From Rhodospirillaceae bacterium (GTDB lineage: Bacteria > Pseudomonadota > Alphaproteobacteria > CACIAM-22H2), in assembly GCA_027490975.1 (NCBI GenBank), contig JAIXXA010000038.1, forward strand, positions 28,608-92,607: 64,000 nucleotides of DNA, given 5' to 3'. A program made the translations under genes and the position numbers. The notes below the pieces were generated by a model. It did no database searches. It was not told where the DNA came from and was given only the letters and a program-made list of their open reading frames with translations. Position 1 is the first letter of the stretch, and each line of letters begins with the position of its first letter. Below are positions 1-10,040 of the stretch, in pieces.

Positions 1-1029
1 CGCGATGCCGAGCTGCGCGGCGATCTCGGCCAATACGTCGCGCTCGCCCGCACTCCACGGCGCGCTTGCGTCCGCAACCGCATCGGGGCTGCGGAACAGG
101 GCCACGAGGCCGTTGATCTTGTGGCGGAACGCGGTCGGTGCTGCGAGCGCGTAGCCCGCGCGCGATTTGAGTTCGACGAGCGCGTCGAGCCCTTCTTCCA
201 TCGGGCGGCCGCTGTCCAGGCGCGCTTGGAAGCGGCGCGCAATGTCGAGCCCGGGCGGCAGGTCGCCGCCATGGCAGGCAGCGGCGACGAACAAAGGCGC
301 CGCGTCGTGCGGTTCTTCCACGCGCCAGATCGAGCAGCCGGCCCCGAGCGCGTTGGCGGTTTCGGCCGCCGCCGCGCGCAGCATGGCGCCCGCTTCCATC
401 TCGTCGCGCACGGCGCGCACGATATGCGCGATCAGCCGCTCGCGGTTGCGCGCTTCGGCAAGTTCGGCCTCGCGCTCGCGCGCTTCGGTCACGTCGCGCG
501 CAAGGCCGCGCGCGCCGCGCCAGGTGCCGTCGGCGGCGAACAAGGGCACGGCCGAAATCTGCACGCAAGCGTCTTTGCCGTCGGCCGTGCGCACCCATTG
601 TTCGGTCTGGGCGATCGGTTCGTGCGTGAGGAACGGGGCTGCGACCGAATCGTCGTCCGGGTCGATCGCGAACACGCCCGGCTTGCGGCCCAGGAGATCG
701 TCGGCCCGCCAGCCGAGAGCGCCCTGCGGCGACACGAACGCGAACACGCCGCTCGCATCCGTCTCCCACGCGAAGTCGCTCGAGATTTCGACGATGTCTT
801 TGTAGCGCCGGCGCGAGTCGGCGAGCGCGTTGCGCATGTTGGCGGCAAGGCTCACGTCGCGCGCCAGCAGCAGGGTCGACTCGCCGACCGGCACGCACGC
901 CACGTCGAGCGTTACGGGGGCGGCCGCCCCCGGGACCACGACCGTGTCGAGGCGGGCGGCGCCGGTCTGCACGATTTCGGCCGCGAGCGCGCCGAGATCG
1001 CCGGTGCGCGCGGCAAACTCGTTCAGCAT
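1..1029 (-). CDS. PAS + GAF domain sensory protein. The C-terminus runs off the left edge. The start is uncertain: ATG at 1029, but the open frame continues upstream.
   Basis: Not in the ORF track because it has no stop in the window. The reverse-strand frame reads MLNEFAARTGDLG...RRRYKDIVEISSDFAWETDASGVFAFVSPQGALGWRADDLLGRKPG...WVRTADGKDACVQISAVPLFAADGTWRGARGLARDVTEARERE (PAS-like). It continues RLIAHIVRAVRDEMEAGAMLRAAAAETANALGAGCSIWRVEE...INGLVALFRS...ERDVLAEIAAQLGIA (GAF-like). The frame is open for exactly 343 codons to position 1. Confidence 0.75.
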   Translation of the reverse strand, partial: MLNEFAARTGDLGALAAEIVQTGAARLDTVVVPGAAAPVTLDVACVPVGESTLLLARDVSLAANMRNALADSRRRYKDIVEISSDFAWETDASGVFAFVSPQGALGWRADDLLGRKPGVFAIDPDDDSVAAPFLTHEPIAQTEQWVRTADGKDACVQISAVPLFAADGTWRGARGLARDVTEAREREAELAEARNRERLIAHIVRAVRDEMEAGAMLRAAAAETANALGAGCSIWRVEEPHDAAPLFVAAACHGGDLPPGLDIARRFQARLDSGRPMEEGLDALVELKSRAGYALAAPTAFRHKINGLVALFRSPDAVADASAPWSAGERDVLAEIAAQLGIA

Positions 1030-1333
1030 CGGGCGCGCCTGGGCGTTTGCCCCCGCAACGTCGCCCGAACGCGCGAGGCGTGCGGCCGGGCCCGGCCAAT
1101 CCGCGATCAGCCGGTCGAGGGCTGCCTCGAGGCTCGAAGCGCCGTTTTTGGCACGCGATTCTTTGGATGGCAGGTTCAGCGGCGTGCTCCAACGGCAAAA
1201 ACCGCCCGACCTTAGCCATATTGGCGCAGCCGCGCCAAGCCAACATTGACAGGCGTGCGGCGGCAGCCCATTTTCCCGGCTCGTTTTGCCCTATCCGAAC
1301 CCCCATCCGAAGCCCCCGAGAGCGGACCCGAAA

Positions 1334-2176
1334 ATGAACCTCGCCGAGATGCAAGAGACGATCGACCAGGCCTGGGAAAAGCGCGCCGAACTGAACTTCG
1401 CCACGCACGGCGCCGTGCGCGCGGCCGTGGATGCCGCCCTCGAAGCGCTCGATGCGGGCGAAGTGCGCGTGGCGGCGCGCGCGGGCGGCAAATGGACCGT
1501 CCATCAGTGGCTCAAGAAGGCCGTGCTGCTGTCGTTCCGCCTCAACGACAACAAGCTCATCGAACACGGTCCCGGCCCGTCGCATTGGTGGGACAAGGTA
1601 CCGTCGAAATTCGCGGGCTGGGGCGAAGCCGAATTCCGCAAGGCCGGGTTCCGCGCCGTGCCGAACTGCGTGGTGCGCAAATCGGCGTTTGTGGCGCCCA
1701 ACGCGATCCTCATGCCGTCTTTCGTGAATGTCGGCGCCTATGTCGGCAGCGGCACGATGGTCGATACGTGGGTCACGGTCGGCTCCTGCGCGCAGATCGG
1801 CAGCAACTGCCATCTGTCGGGCGGGGTGGGGATCGGCGGCGTGCTCGAACCGTTGCAGGCCGAGCCCGTGATCATCGAAGACAACTGCTTCATCGGCGCG
1901 CGCTCGGAAGTGGTCGAGGGCGTGATCGTCGAAGAAGGTTCGGTCTTGTCGATGGGCGTGTTCATCGGCCAATCCACGAAGATCGTGGACCGCACGACGG
2001 GCGAAGTGTTCATGGGCCGCGTGCCGGCCTATTCGGTCGTCGTTCCGGGCAATCTGCCGGGCAAGCCGCTGCCCGACGGCACGCCGGGGCCTTCGACCTA
2101 CTGCGCCGTCATCATCAAGCGCGTGGACGAAAAGACGCGTTCCAAGACCTCGATCAACGAGCTTCTGCGCGCGTGA
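1334..2176 (+). CDS. dapD: 2,3,4,5-tetrahydropyridine-2,6-dicarboxylate N-succinyltransferase
   Basis: ORF 1286..2176. It carries hexapeptide-repeat sequence ([40 protein letters not shown]...[26 protein letters not shown]) and the typical DapD N-terminus from [17 protein letters not shown] (ATG 1334). Confidence 0.95.
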   Translation: MNLAEMQETIDQAWEKRAELNFATHGAVRAAVDAALEALDAGEVRVAARAGGKWTVHQWLKKAVLLSFRLNDNKLIEHGPGPSHWWDKVPSKFAGWGEAEFRKAGFRAVPNCVVRKSAFVAPNAILMPSFVNVGAYVGSGTMVDTWVTVGSCAQIGSNCHLSGGVGIGGVLEPLQAEPVIIEDNCFIGARSEVVEGVIVEEGSVLSMGVFIGQSTKIVDRTTGEVFMGRVPAYSVVVPGNLPGKPLPDGTPGPSTYCAVIIKRVDEKTRSKTSINELLRA

Positions 2177-3339
2177 GCGGTCTCGATCCCGTCGCGTTTG
2201 CAGCCGACCTCATCCGCTGCAGATCGGTGACGCCGGCCGACGACGGCGCGCTCGGCACGCTCCAGCGCACGCTCGAAGCGGCGGGCTTCGTGTGCCATCG
2301 CCTGCCCTTCAGCGAGCCGGGCACGCCCGACATCGACAATCTCTATGCGCGCCTCGGCGCGGGCGCCCCGCATTTCTGTTTTGCGGGCCATACCGACGTG
2401 GTGCCCGTCGGCAATGTCGAAGGCTGGACGGTCGATCCGTTCAAGGCCGAAATCCACGACGGCTATCTCTACGGCCGCGGTGCCGTCGACATGAAGGGCG
2501 CCATCGCCGCGTTCACGGCCGCAGCGCTCGATTTCGCGGCCCGCCACAAGGCCGCAGGGTTGCCGGGTTCGATCTCATTGCTCATCACCGGCGACGAAGA
2601 AGGCCCGTCGATCAACGGCACCAAGAAGATGCTCGATTGGCTCGCAGCACACGGCGAGATCCCGGACATCTGCGTGGTGGGCGAACCCACCAACGAAACC
2701 ACGCTCGGCGACATGGCCAAGATCGGCCGCCGCGGTTCGCTGAACGTGGAGCTCACCGCGACGGGCGCGCAAGGCCATGTGGCCTATCCGCATCTCGCCG
2801 ACAATCCGATCCATCCGCTCATCGCCCTGTTGGCCGACCTGACGGCCAAGCCGCTCGACGAAGGCAACGCGCATTTCCAGCCGTCGTCGCTGCAGGTGAC
2901 CACGCTCGACGTCGGCAATCCGACCGAGAATCTGATACCGGCCCAGGCGCGCGCGCGCTTCAACATCCGCTTCAACGACATGCACAGCTCGGCCTCGCTG
3001 CTGGCGTGGGTCGCATCGCGCATCGCGGCCCTGGGGCTGGCTGCGAAGATCAAGACCGTCTCGCGCGTGTCGGGCGAAAGTTTCATCACGCATCCGGGCA
3101 AACTCTCGGCGCTCGTTTCGGACGCGGTCGAAAAGCGCCTCGGTCGAAAGCCCGCTCTGTCGACGACGGGCGGAACGTCCGACGCGCGGTTCATTTCGCG
3201 CTTCTGCCCGACCGTCGAATTCGGCCTCGTCGGCCGCACGATGCACAAGACCGACGAGCGCGCCGCCGTCAAAGACATCGCCGACCTTGCCGCCATCTAC
3301 GGCCACATGCTCGACGCCTATTTCGCCGGGCGCGCATGA
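2173..3339 (+). CDS. dapE: succinyl-diaminopimelate desuccinylase (M20 peptidase)
   Basis: C-terminal 388 codons of ORF 1246..3339: [21 protein letters not shown]...[11 protein letters not shown]...[14 protein letters not shown]...ITGDEEG. A GTG start at 2173 overlaps the dapD stop (GTGA). Confidence 0.93.
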   Translation: MSGLDPVAFAADLIRCRSVTPADDGALGTLQRTLEAAGFVCHRLPFSEPGTPDIDNLYARLGAGAPHFCFAGHTDVVPVGNVEGWTVDPFKAEIHDGYLYGRGAVDMKGAIAAFTAAALDFAARHKAAGLPGSISLLITGDEEGPSINGTKKMLDWLAAHGEIPDICVVGEPTNETTLGDMAKIGRRGSLNVELTATGAQGHVAYPHLADNPIHPLIALLADLTAKPLDEGNAHFQPSSLQVTTLDVGNPTENLIPAQARARFNIRFNDMHSSASLLAWVASRIAALGLAAKIKTVSRVSGESFITHPGKLSALVSDAVEKRLGRKPALSTTGGTSDARFISRFCPTVEFGLVGRTMHKTDERAAVKDIADLAAIYGHMLDAYFAGRA

Positions 3340-3905
3340 GCCTGTTTGCAAGCGTGCAGATGCCCGTGGGCGGCGTTCTGCGCCTGCTGCGCGGCGACCG
3401 CAGCGGCCTTGCCATGATCGGCGCGCAGACGCGCGCGGGCTGGATCGCCTCGTTCCTGGTGCCGGGCATGCTGGTGCTGCCCGCCTACCTCTATCTTTCG
3501 CTGCCCGATCTCGACGCGTCGGACGCGCCCGTGCACACGCTGCTGCTCGAAGCGCTCGCCTACGTCGTCGGTCTCACGCTGTTTCCCGTTGCGGCACATC
3601 TTTTGTGCACGCAATGGGGCAAAACGCGCGCCTGGTACGACTACGTGCCGGCCTACAATTGGGCGGGCGTGCTGCAGATGGCGATCTATCTGCCCGCCGC
3701 CATTCTGAGCCAGAGCGACGCGATGGACGGCCTGCCGCTGTTCGCGATCGGCGTTGCGGCCGTGACGGCGGCGGTGGCGATCCAGTTCCGCGTCGCGACG
3801 GTCGTGCTCGGCATCGACCGGTTCCAGGCGCTGTCGATGGTCGCTCTCGAACTCGCCTTGGGTGCGTTGCTGCGCCAGATCGTCGACCGCCTGCAGGGCG
3901 GCTAG
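3336..3905 (+). CDS. hypothetical multi-pass membrane protein
   Basis: In-frame tail of ORF 2292..3905 starting [18 protein letters not shown]. The ATG overlaps the dapE stop (ATGA). Several hydrophobic segments are present. I recognise no family. Confidence 0.7.
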   Translation: MSLFASVQMPVGGVLRLLRGDRSGLAMIGAQTRAGWIASFLVPGMLVLPAYLYLSLPDLDASDAPVHTLLLEALAYVVGLTLFPVAAHLLCTQWGKTRAWYDYVPAYNWAGVLQMAIYLPAAILSQSDAMDGLPLFAIGVAAVTAAVAIQFRVATVVLGIDRFQALSMVALELALGALLRQIVDRLQGG

Positions 3906-3919
3906 CCGGAGAAACGAAG

Positions 3920-5005
3920 ATGCGTGCCATCGTGCGTCGATTGCCCATGCGCGATCCTGCCGACATGTCCGCCCTCAACGCGGCTTTTGCCGACGGCTCG
4001 CTCGGTCCCGGATCCGTCGTGGCGATCCTCGGCAAGACCGAGGGCAATGGCTGCGTCAACGACTTCACGCGCGGCTACGCCACGCTGGCGATGAAGCTCG
4101 CCTTGGCCGCTGCCTGCAACGCGACACCGGCCGAGATCGGCGCCCGCGTGGCACTCGTGATGTCGGGCGGCACGGAAGGCGGGCTCAATCCGCACATGAC
4201 GGTGTTTGCCGTGGACCGTTCCGCGCCGCGCGGAACGGGTCCAAAGCGTTTGGCCATCGGCACCGGCTTCACGCGCGATTTTGCGGCGCACGAAATCGGC
4301 CGCAAGGCGATGATCGCGGCGACCGCCGACGCCGTGCGCGCGGCGATGGAGGCGGCCGGCATATCGGATCCTGCCGACGTGCATTACGTGCAGGTGAAAT
4401 GCCCGCTCTTGACGGCCGAGCGCATTGCGGCTGCCGCTTCGCCCACCGTGTGCGAAGACACGTACGAATCGATGGGCTATTCGCGCGGCGCTTCGGCGCT
4501 CGGCGTGGCCTTGGCGCTCGGCGAAATCAAAGCCGCCGACGAGGCCACCGTGTGCGCCGACTGGTCGCTCTATTCGGGGGTCGCGAGCACGTCGGCCGGC
4601 ATCGAGCTCATGCGCAACGAGATCATGGTGCTCGGCAATTCTTCCGCTTGGTCGGGCGATCTCGCCATCGCGCATCGCGTGATGCAGGACAGCATCGATG
4701 CGCCCGCTTTGTGGGCCGTCCTCTCCGATCTCGGCTTTTCCGACCGGGGCCAGCTCGCGCCCAATTCGCGCGACCGGCTTGTGGCCGTGCTGGCGAAGGC
4801 CGAGCCCGCGCGCACGGGTGCGATCCGCGGCAAACGCCACACGATGTGGGACGACAGCGACATCAACGCCACGCGCCATGCGCGCGCCCTCGTCGGCGGC
4901 GTACTGGCGGGCGTGGTGGGCGACACGCAGCTTTTTGTGTCGGGCGGCGCCGAACATCAAGGCCCCGACGGCGGCGGCCCGGTCGCCGTCATCGCGCGGG
5001 TTTAG
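3920..5005 (+). CDS. ring-opening amidohydrolase family protein (cyanuric acid amidohydrolase AtzD/TrzD / barbiturase family)
   Basis: Tail of ORF 3287..5005 from MRAIVRRLPMRDP, 361 aa. It shows the threefold-repeated signature of the family: GKTEGNG...VMSGGTEGG, VQVKCP...YSRGASALG, and GKRHTMWDD...FVSGGAEHQGPDGGGPVAV. Confidence 0.85.
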   Translation: MRAIVRRLPMRDPADMSALNAAFADGSLGPGSVVAILGKTEGNGCVNDFTRGYATLAMKLALAAACNATPAEIGARVALVMSGGTEGGLNPHMTVFAVDRSAPRGTGPKRLAIGTGFTRDFAAHEIGRKAMIAATADAVRAAMEAAGISDPADVHYVQVKCPLLTAERIAAAASPTVCEDTYESMGYSRGASALGVALALGEIKAADEATVCADWSLYSGVASTSAGIELMRNEIMVLGNSSAWSGDLAIAHRVMQDSIDAPALWAVLSDLGFSDRGQLAPNSRDRLVAVLAKAEPARTGAIRGKRHTMWDDSDINATRHARALVGGVLAGVVGDTQLFVSGGAEHQGPDGGGPVAVIARV

Positions 5006-5006
5006 G

Positions 5007-5591
5007 TCAGCGCCAGATCGCCCACGCAAGTACGGCGACGGCGAGCGCGGCAACGGTCCAGCCCAGCGCCGTGCCGTAGCGGCGCACGAGGGCGTCGATG
5101 CGCCCGCCTTGGTGCTTGAGCAGCCAAGCGATCGCGAAAAACTGCATGCTGCGCGCAAGCACGGACGCCACGAAAAACGGGGCGAGCGCGTATTGCGCAA
5201 TGCCCGCCCCGATCGTGACGATCTTGAACGGGATCGGCGTCAAGCCCTTGGCCACGATCAGCCAGAAGCCCCATTCCGCGAACAGGCGCTGGAAGGCTTC
5301 CATCTGCGTTTCGTAGTGCAGGCGCGCGATCAGCCACTGGCCGAGCGTGTCGAACAGCGCGTCGCCGATCGCGTAGCCCAGGAAGCCGCCCGCGACGGAA
5401 GCAAACGTGCAGATCGTCGCGTAGCGATAGGCGCGGGCCGGGTCCGCCATCACGAGCAGCGCCAACAGCGGATGCGGCGGGACGGGCAGGAACGAGGAAT
5501 CGGCGAACGACACCGCCGCCATCGTTACCGTCGCATGCCGGCCGCGCGAGAGCGCCAGCGTGCGGTCGTAGAGGGCGGCGAACGCGCTCAA
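5007..5591 (-). CDS. YqaA/DedA-type (SNARE-associated) inner membrane protein
   Basis: ORF 5007..5591. The sequence FADSSFLPVPPHPLLALLVM...WGFWLIVAKGLTPIPFKIVTIGAGI is typical of the YqaA family. Confidence 0.8.
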   Translation of the reverse strand: MSAFAALYDRTLALSRGRHATVTMAAVSFADSSFLPVPPHPLLALLVMADPARAYRYATICTFASVAGGFLGYAIGDALFDTLGQWLIARLHYETQMEAFQRLFAEWGFWLIVAKGLTPIPFKIVTIGAGIAQYALAPFFVASVLARSMQFFAIAWLLKHQGGRIDALVRRYGTALGWTVAALAVAVLAWAIWR

Positions 5592-5594
5592 TCC

Positions 5595-6485
5595 TCAGCC
5601 TTTGATCATCGTGCCGACGCCCTTGTCGGTGAAGATTTCGAGCAAGGTTGCGTGCCGCACGCGCCCGTCGAGGATGATCGCCCCCTCGACGCCGCCGTCG
5701 ACGGCGGCGAGGCAAGTTTCGACCTTCGGGATCATGCCGCCCGAAATGGTGCCGTCGGCGATCAGCGCGCGCACTTGGGCGGCCGTCAGATCCGGCATCA
5801 GGTTCTTGTTTTTGTCGAGCACGCCTTTGACGTCGGTCAGCAGCAGCAGGCGCGAGGCCTTCATCGCGGCGGCGATGGCGCCTGCGACCGTGTCGGCGTT
5901 GATGTTGTAGGTCGCCCCGTCGGTGCCCACGCCGATCGGCGCCACGACCGGGATGATGTCGGACTTGGCGAAGCTCTCGAGGAAAGAGGGATCGATATGC
6001 GTGGGCTCGCCCACGAAGCCCAGATCGAGCACGCGCTCGATGTTCGAATCCGGGTCCTTTTTGGTGCGCTTCACTTTGGCGGCGACCAGGAAGTTCGCGT
6101 CCTTGCCCGACACGCCGACCGCCCGGCCGCCCGCGCGGTTGATCGCCGCGACGATGGATTTGTTGATGCTGCCCGACAGCACCATTTCGACGATCTCGAC
6201 CGTGGCGGCGTCGGTCACGCGCAAGCCGTCGATGAATTCGCTCTTCACTTTGAGGCGATCGAGCATGGCGCCGATCTGCGGGCCGCCGCCGTGCACGACG
6301 ATCGGGTTCATGCCGACCTGCTTCATCAGCACGATGTCGCGCGCGAAGTCGCCGGCGATCGCTTCGTCGCCCATCGCGTGGCCGCCGTACTTCACGACGA
6401 TGTTCTCGCCGTTGTATTCGCGCATGTAGGGCAGCGCTTGGGAGAGGATGCGGGCGATGGTCTGCGGATCGTCGGTCGTGTCCAT
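5595..6485 (-). CDS. argB: acetylglutamate kinase
   Basis: ORF 5595..6485: [23 protein letters not shown]...[13 protein letters not shown]...[14 protein letters not shown]. Confidence 0.95.
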   Translation of the reverse strand: MDTTDDPQTIARILSQALPYMREYNGENIVVKYGGHAMGDEAIAGDFARDIVLMKQVGMNPIVVHGGGPQIGAMLDRLKVKSEFIDGLRVTDAATVEIVEMVLSGSINKSIVAAINRAGGRAVGVSGKDANFLVAAKVKRTKKDPDSNIERVLDLGFVGEPTHIDPSFLESFAKSDIIPVVAPIGVGTDGATYNINADTVAGAIAAAMKASRLLLLTDVKGVLDKNKNLMPDLTAAQVRALIADGTISGGMIPKVETCLAAVDGGVEGAIILDGRVRHATLLEIFTDKGVGTMIKG

Positions 6486-6534
6486 GGCGCGTGTCGTCCG
6501 TAGGCGGTTCGGGGGCTTCGAAACGGATGGGTTT

Positions 6535-7212
6535 TTAGCAGGGCGTCGCCAGCGCCGCTAGCTCGGCGCGGAGAATGTCGATGCCGGTGTTCTTTTCCGA
6601 CGAGGTCGGCAGCACCGCGGGGTGGGCGCCCAAATGGCCTTCGAGCTCGCCCGCCACCCCGGCAATGCGCTGGGCAAGGCCGGCGGCCCCGAGCGCGTCG
6701 CACTTGGTGAGCACCACCTGGTAGACGACGGCCGAGGAATCGAGAATGTCGAACAAAGCGCGGTCGAGATCTTTGAGGCCGTGGCGCGCATCGACGAGCA
6801 CGAGGGCGCGGCGCAAGGTCGGGCGGCCCTTGAGATAGCGCAGCATCAGATCGCTCCACACGGCCTTGGTGGCCTTGGAGACGGCGGCATAGCCGTAGCC
6901 CGGCATGTCGACCAGCGACAGGCGCTTGCCGAGCGCGAAGAAATTGAGCTGCTGCGTGCGGCCGGGATGGCGCGAGACGCGCGCCATGCGCCCGTGGCCG
7001 ACGAGCGCGTTGAGCAGGCTCGATTTGCCGACGTTCGAGCGCCCGGCCAAGGCGATCTCGGGCATGTGCGGGGCCGGGATCGCGTCGAGCGTGGCGGCGC
7101 CTGCCACGAACTCGCACGGACCCACGAACAGTTTGCGCGCCGCTTCGATCTCGCCGTCCGAAAAGACCGGCGGCGAAGCGGCACCGGGCAAATCGGCGGG
7201 CGCTTGCGTCAC
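6535..7212 (-). CDS. engB: ribosome biogenesis GTP-binding protein YihA/EngB
   Basis: C-terminal part of ORF 6535..7893: [20 protein letters not shown]...VDMPGYGYA...VLTKCD. A GTG start at 7212 overlaps the yidC stop (GTGA). Confidence 0.9.
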   Translation of the reverse strand: MTQAPADLPGAASPPVFSDGEIEAARKLFVGPCEFVAGAATLDAIPAPHMPEIALAGRSNVGKSSLLNALVGHGRMARVSRHPGRTQQLNFFALGKRLSLVDMPGYGYAAVSKATKAVWSDLMLRYLKGRPTLRRALVLVDARHGLKDLDRALFDILDSSAVVYQVVLTKCDALGAAGLAQRIAGVAGELEGHLGAHPAVLPTSSEKNTGIDILRAELAALATPC

Positions 7213-9029
7213 GCCTTGCCCCGTTCCTTCTTGCTCGGTTCCTTGGCGGTGGCGGCTTGCGCGTTTTCGATGCTGCGCATGATGATCCATTGCTGCAGGA
7301 TCGACAGCGTGTTGTTGACCGCCCAGTAGATCACAAGCCCGGCCGGGAACGAGGCCAGCATGATCGTGAAGATGAAGGGCAGCGCCAGGAACATCTTGGC
7401 CTGGATGGGGTCGACCGGCTGCGGATTGAGCTTCTGCTGCACGAACATCGTGACGCCCATCACGATCGGCCACACGCCGATCTCGAGCAGCGGCGGCACG
7501 TCCCACGGGATCAGGCCGAACAGGTTGAACAGCGACGTCGGATCGTGCGCCGACAGATCCTGGATCCAGCCGAAGAAGGGCGCGTGGCGCATTTCGATGG
7601 TGACGAACAGCACCTTGTAGAGCGCGAAGAACACCGGGATCTGGATCAGGATCGGCAAGCAGCCCGACAGCGGATTGGCGCCCGAACGCTTGTAGAGCTG
7701 CATCATCTCTTGCGACATGCGCGCGCGGTCGTCGCCGAATTTCTCCTTGAGCTTCTCCATCTCGGGCTGGAGCAGCTTCATCTTCGCCATCGAGCGGTAG
7801 GATTTGTTGGCGAGCGGATAGAACAGCAGCTTGACCACCATCGTGAACAGGATGATCGCGATGCCGAAATTGCCGACCGCCGCGTAGATCCATTCGAGCG
7901 CTATGAACATCGGCTTGGTGAGCCAGTAGAACCAGCCGAAATCGATGGCGCGGTCGAACAGCGGGATGTTGTATTTCTCGCCGTACATGTCGAGCAGGCG
8001 CACTTCTTTGGCGCCCGCGAACAGCAGCGTGGAATGTGTGGCGCTTGCCCCGGGCGCCACCGTCTGGACGGGGGCGAGGTAGTCGATCTGGTAGCGGTCG
8101 AGGCCGCCGGCCAGCGCGTGCGCGAAGCGTGCGCCGATCTCCACGCCCTGCTGCGGCACCAGCGCCACGAGCCAGTATTTGTCGACGATGCCGATCCAGC
8201 CGCCGCGCGTCTGGTAGGGGATCTGCCTTTTCTCGCGCAGATCTTGGTAGCTCGGCTCTTTGAGCTGCTCGTTGAAGACCCCGATCGGACCTTCATGCAG
8301 AATGTAGTAGCCGCCGAGCGTGGGCGTGCCGACGCGGCTTGCCAGCGAATAGCCGTGCAGCGACACCGGGGCTGTGCCGTTGTTGGTCACGCGCTGTTCG
8401 ATGCGGAAGAAATATTCGTCGTCGAGCGTGATCTTGCGCTCGAAGCGCAGGCCCTGGCCGTTGTCCCAGGTGAGCGTCACGGGATTGCCGGGCGACAGCA
8501 CGTTGCGGTCGGCGGTCCATTCGGTGTCGGCATCGGGCAGCGCCAAAGCGCCCGAAGCCGAGACCCAGCCGAATTCGGCGAAATAGGGATCGGTTGCGCC
8601 CAGCGGCGACAGCAGCACCACGGGCGGCGAGTCTTTTTCGACCTTCTGGCGGTATTTGGTGAGTTTGAGGTCGTCGATGCGCCCGCCGCGCAGGGTGATC
8701 GAGCCGGTCGCAACCGGGGTGTCGATCGTCACGCGGGCGGCGCGCGCGAGGATCGTCGTGCGGTCCGGATTGGCCTGGGCGGCAAGGCTCGCGGCCAAGC
8801 TGCCGGGGGCGGGCGGTGCGCCGATCGTGGCCGGGGCTGCCCCCGGTGCGGCGCCGGGCACAGGCGGCAGCGACGTGGGGGCCACCTGCTCGGCGGTCGC
8901 CCGGCGTTCGGCTTCGGCCGCGCGTTCGCGTTGGGCGCGCGGCTGGTTCCAGAAAAACTCGAAGCCGAGCACGATGACGATCGACAGGGCGATCGCGACG
9001 ATCAGGTTCTTTTGGTCGAATTGCTGCAT
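7209..9029 (-). CDS. yidC: membrane protein insertase YidC
   Basis: ORF 7209..9029, 606 aa. It has an N-terminal TM segment, a large periplasmic domain, and the C-terminal 60-kDa IMP core (GNFGIAIILFTMVVKLLFYPL...GCLPILIQIPVFFALY). Confidence 0.95.
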   Translation of the reverse strand: MQQFDQKNLIVAIALSIVIVLGFEFFWNQPRAQRERAAEAERRATAEQVAPTSLPPVPGAAPGAAPATIGAPPAPGSLAASLAAQANPDRTTILARAARVTIDTPVATGSITLRGGRIDDLKLTKYRQKVEKDSPPVVLLSPLGATDPYFAEFGWVSASGALALPDADTEWTADRNVLSPGNPVTLTWDNGQGLRFERKITLDDEYFFRIEQRVTNNGTAPVSLHGYSLASRVGTPTLGGYYILHEGPIGVFNEQLKEPSYQDLREKRQIPYQTRGGWIGIVDKYWLVALVPQQGVEIGARFAHALAGGLDRYQIDYLAPVQTVAPGASATHSTLLFAGAKEVRLLDMYGEKYNIPLFDRAIDFGWFYWLTKPMFIALEWIYAAVGNFGIAIILFTMVVKLLFYPLANKSYRSMAKMKLLQPEMEKLKEKFGDDRARMSQEMMQLYKRSGANPLSGCLPILIQIPVFFALYKVLFVTIEMRHAPFFGWIQDLSAHDPTSLFNLFGLIPWDVPPLLEIGVWPIVMGVTMFVQQKLNPQPVDPIQAKMFLALPFIFTIMLASFPAGLVIYWAVNNTLSILQQWIIMRSIENAQAATAKEPSKKERGKA

Positions 9030-9062
9030 GGGGTCTGGGCTGTCTTTTTTTGAGAGCGCGGG

Positions 9063-9302
9063 TCAGAAACGCGGCAAATCGCCGGACCGCGGCGGAACGG
9101 GATCGAAACCAAAACCGCCCCACGGATGGCAGCGGCAGATGCGGCGGGCGGCGAGGAACGTGCCGCCGAAAGCGCCGTGGGTTTTCAACGCTTCGCGCGC
9201 ATAGTCCGAGCAGCTCGGCAGATAGCGGCAATTTGCGCCCAAAAGAGGGCGCAGCGTCCATTGATAGAGCACGACGAAGGCATCGAGGACCCGCGCGATC
9301 AT
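9063..9302 (-). CDS. yidD: membrane protein insertion efficiency factor YidD
   Basis: ORF 9063..9302: CRYLPSCSDYAREALKTHGAFGG...RICRCHPWGGFGFDPVP. Confidence 0.9.
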   Translation of the reverse strand: MIARVLDAFVVLYQWTLRPLLGANCRYLPSCSDYAREALKTHGAFGGTFLAARRICRCHPWGGFGFDPVPPRSGDLPRF

Positions 9303-9658
9303 CGGGCGGCCCCGCTATTGCGCGCGAGGTTCAGCGCGGCGTCTTCGAAAGCGGCGACGAGCTGCAAAAACGGCGTGTCGCCGGTTTCGGCGCGCGCCAC
9401 GGCCACATAGTCCGTGCCGGGCAGCCCAAGCTTCGGCAACACGGCGCGTGCAGCCTCGCGCAGGCGGCGCTTGGCGCGGTTGCGCGCCACGGCATTGCCG
9501 ATCTTTTTGGTGGCCGTGAACCCGACGCCGATGGCCGCAACGCCGTCGTTGCGCGCGCGCGCCTGCAAAACCACGCCGACACGCGCGCATTTGCGGCGCG
9601 TTGCCGCAACAGCCAGGAACTGGCTTCGCGAGGTGAGGCGCGTGAGCGCGTGGGTCAT
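9299..9658 (-). CDS. rnpA: ribonuclease P protein component
   Basis: ORF 9299..9658: GFTATKKIGNAVARNRAKRRLREA. The 4-nt overlap with yidD fits the conserved rpmH-rnpA-yidD-yidC order. Confidence 0.9.
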   Translation of the reverse strand: MTHALTRLTSRSQFLAVAATRRKCARVGVVLQARARNDGVAAIGVGFTATKKIGNAVARNRAKRRLREAARAVLPKLGLPGTDYVAVARAETGDTPFLQLVAAFEDAALNLARNSGAAR

Positions 9659-9739
9659 GGTTGTCCCTGTCGCCGTTGTCCGGTCGCCGCCACAAGACCC
9701 CGGCGGCGCGGAATCCGACGGCCGCAGGGCCGCCGGAGA

Positions 9740-9874
9740 CTAAGCCGAAAGGCGCTTGCGGCCCTTGGCGCGACGGCGCTGCAGCACCTTGCGGCCGCCG
9801 ACCGTTTCCATGCGCGCCCGAAAACCGTGCCGCCGCTTGCGGATGAGCTTGCTGGGCTGATATGTGCGCTTCAC
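9740..9874 (-). CDS. rpmH: 50S ribosomal protein L34
   Basis: Too short for the ORF track. The reverse strand reads (GTG)[43 protein letters not shown]-stop, 44 aa. Confidence 0.9.
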   Translation of the reverse strand: MKRTYQPSKLIRKRRHGFRARMETVGGRKVLQRRRAKGRKRLSA

Positions 9875-10040
9875 GACGCGATCTCCGAATTGCCGAATGT
9901 CTGAAAAGGAGCGCGGTTTATACAGACCCCCTGCCTTCGCGTCAATCGAGGCATTTTCCGTTGTTTTTCAGTCCATTGTTTGCCCGAGCGGCCCCCCTGC
10001 ATGTAACGTCGCGTCTCTGCCGCCCGAATTGGACGCCAAG

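Noticed and set aside
121-1215. 364-aa plus-strand ORF (and the nested 167..805 and 830..1249 ORFs) at the left edge
   Set aside because: The translations are Arg/Ala/Gly-rich nonsense typical of an antisense frame in high-GC DNA. The opposite strand encodes a coherent PAS-GAF protein across the same bases.
1246-3339. 697-aa ORF apparently spanning dapD and dapE
   Set aside because: Its first ~309 codons are an out-of-frame overlap of dapD with Arg-rich junk. Only the part from the GTG at 2173 is DapE.
5595-9874. Possible proximity to the replication origin because of the rpmH-rnpA-yidD-yidC block
   Set aside because: No dnaA, dnaN, gyrB or parAB genes are in the window. I did not see a cluster of DnaA boxes or an AT-rich unwinding element near rpmH. 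In alphaproteobacteria this gene block is not a reliable origin marker.
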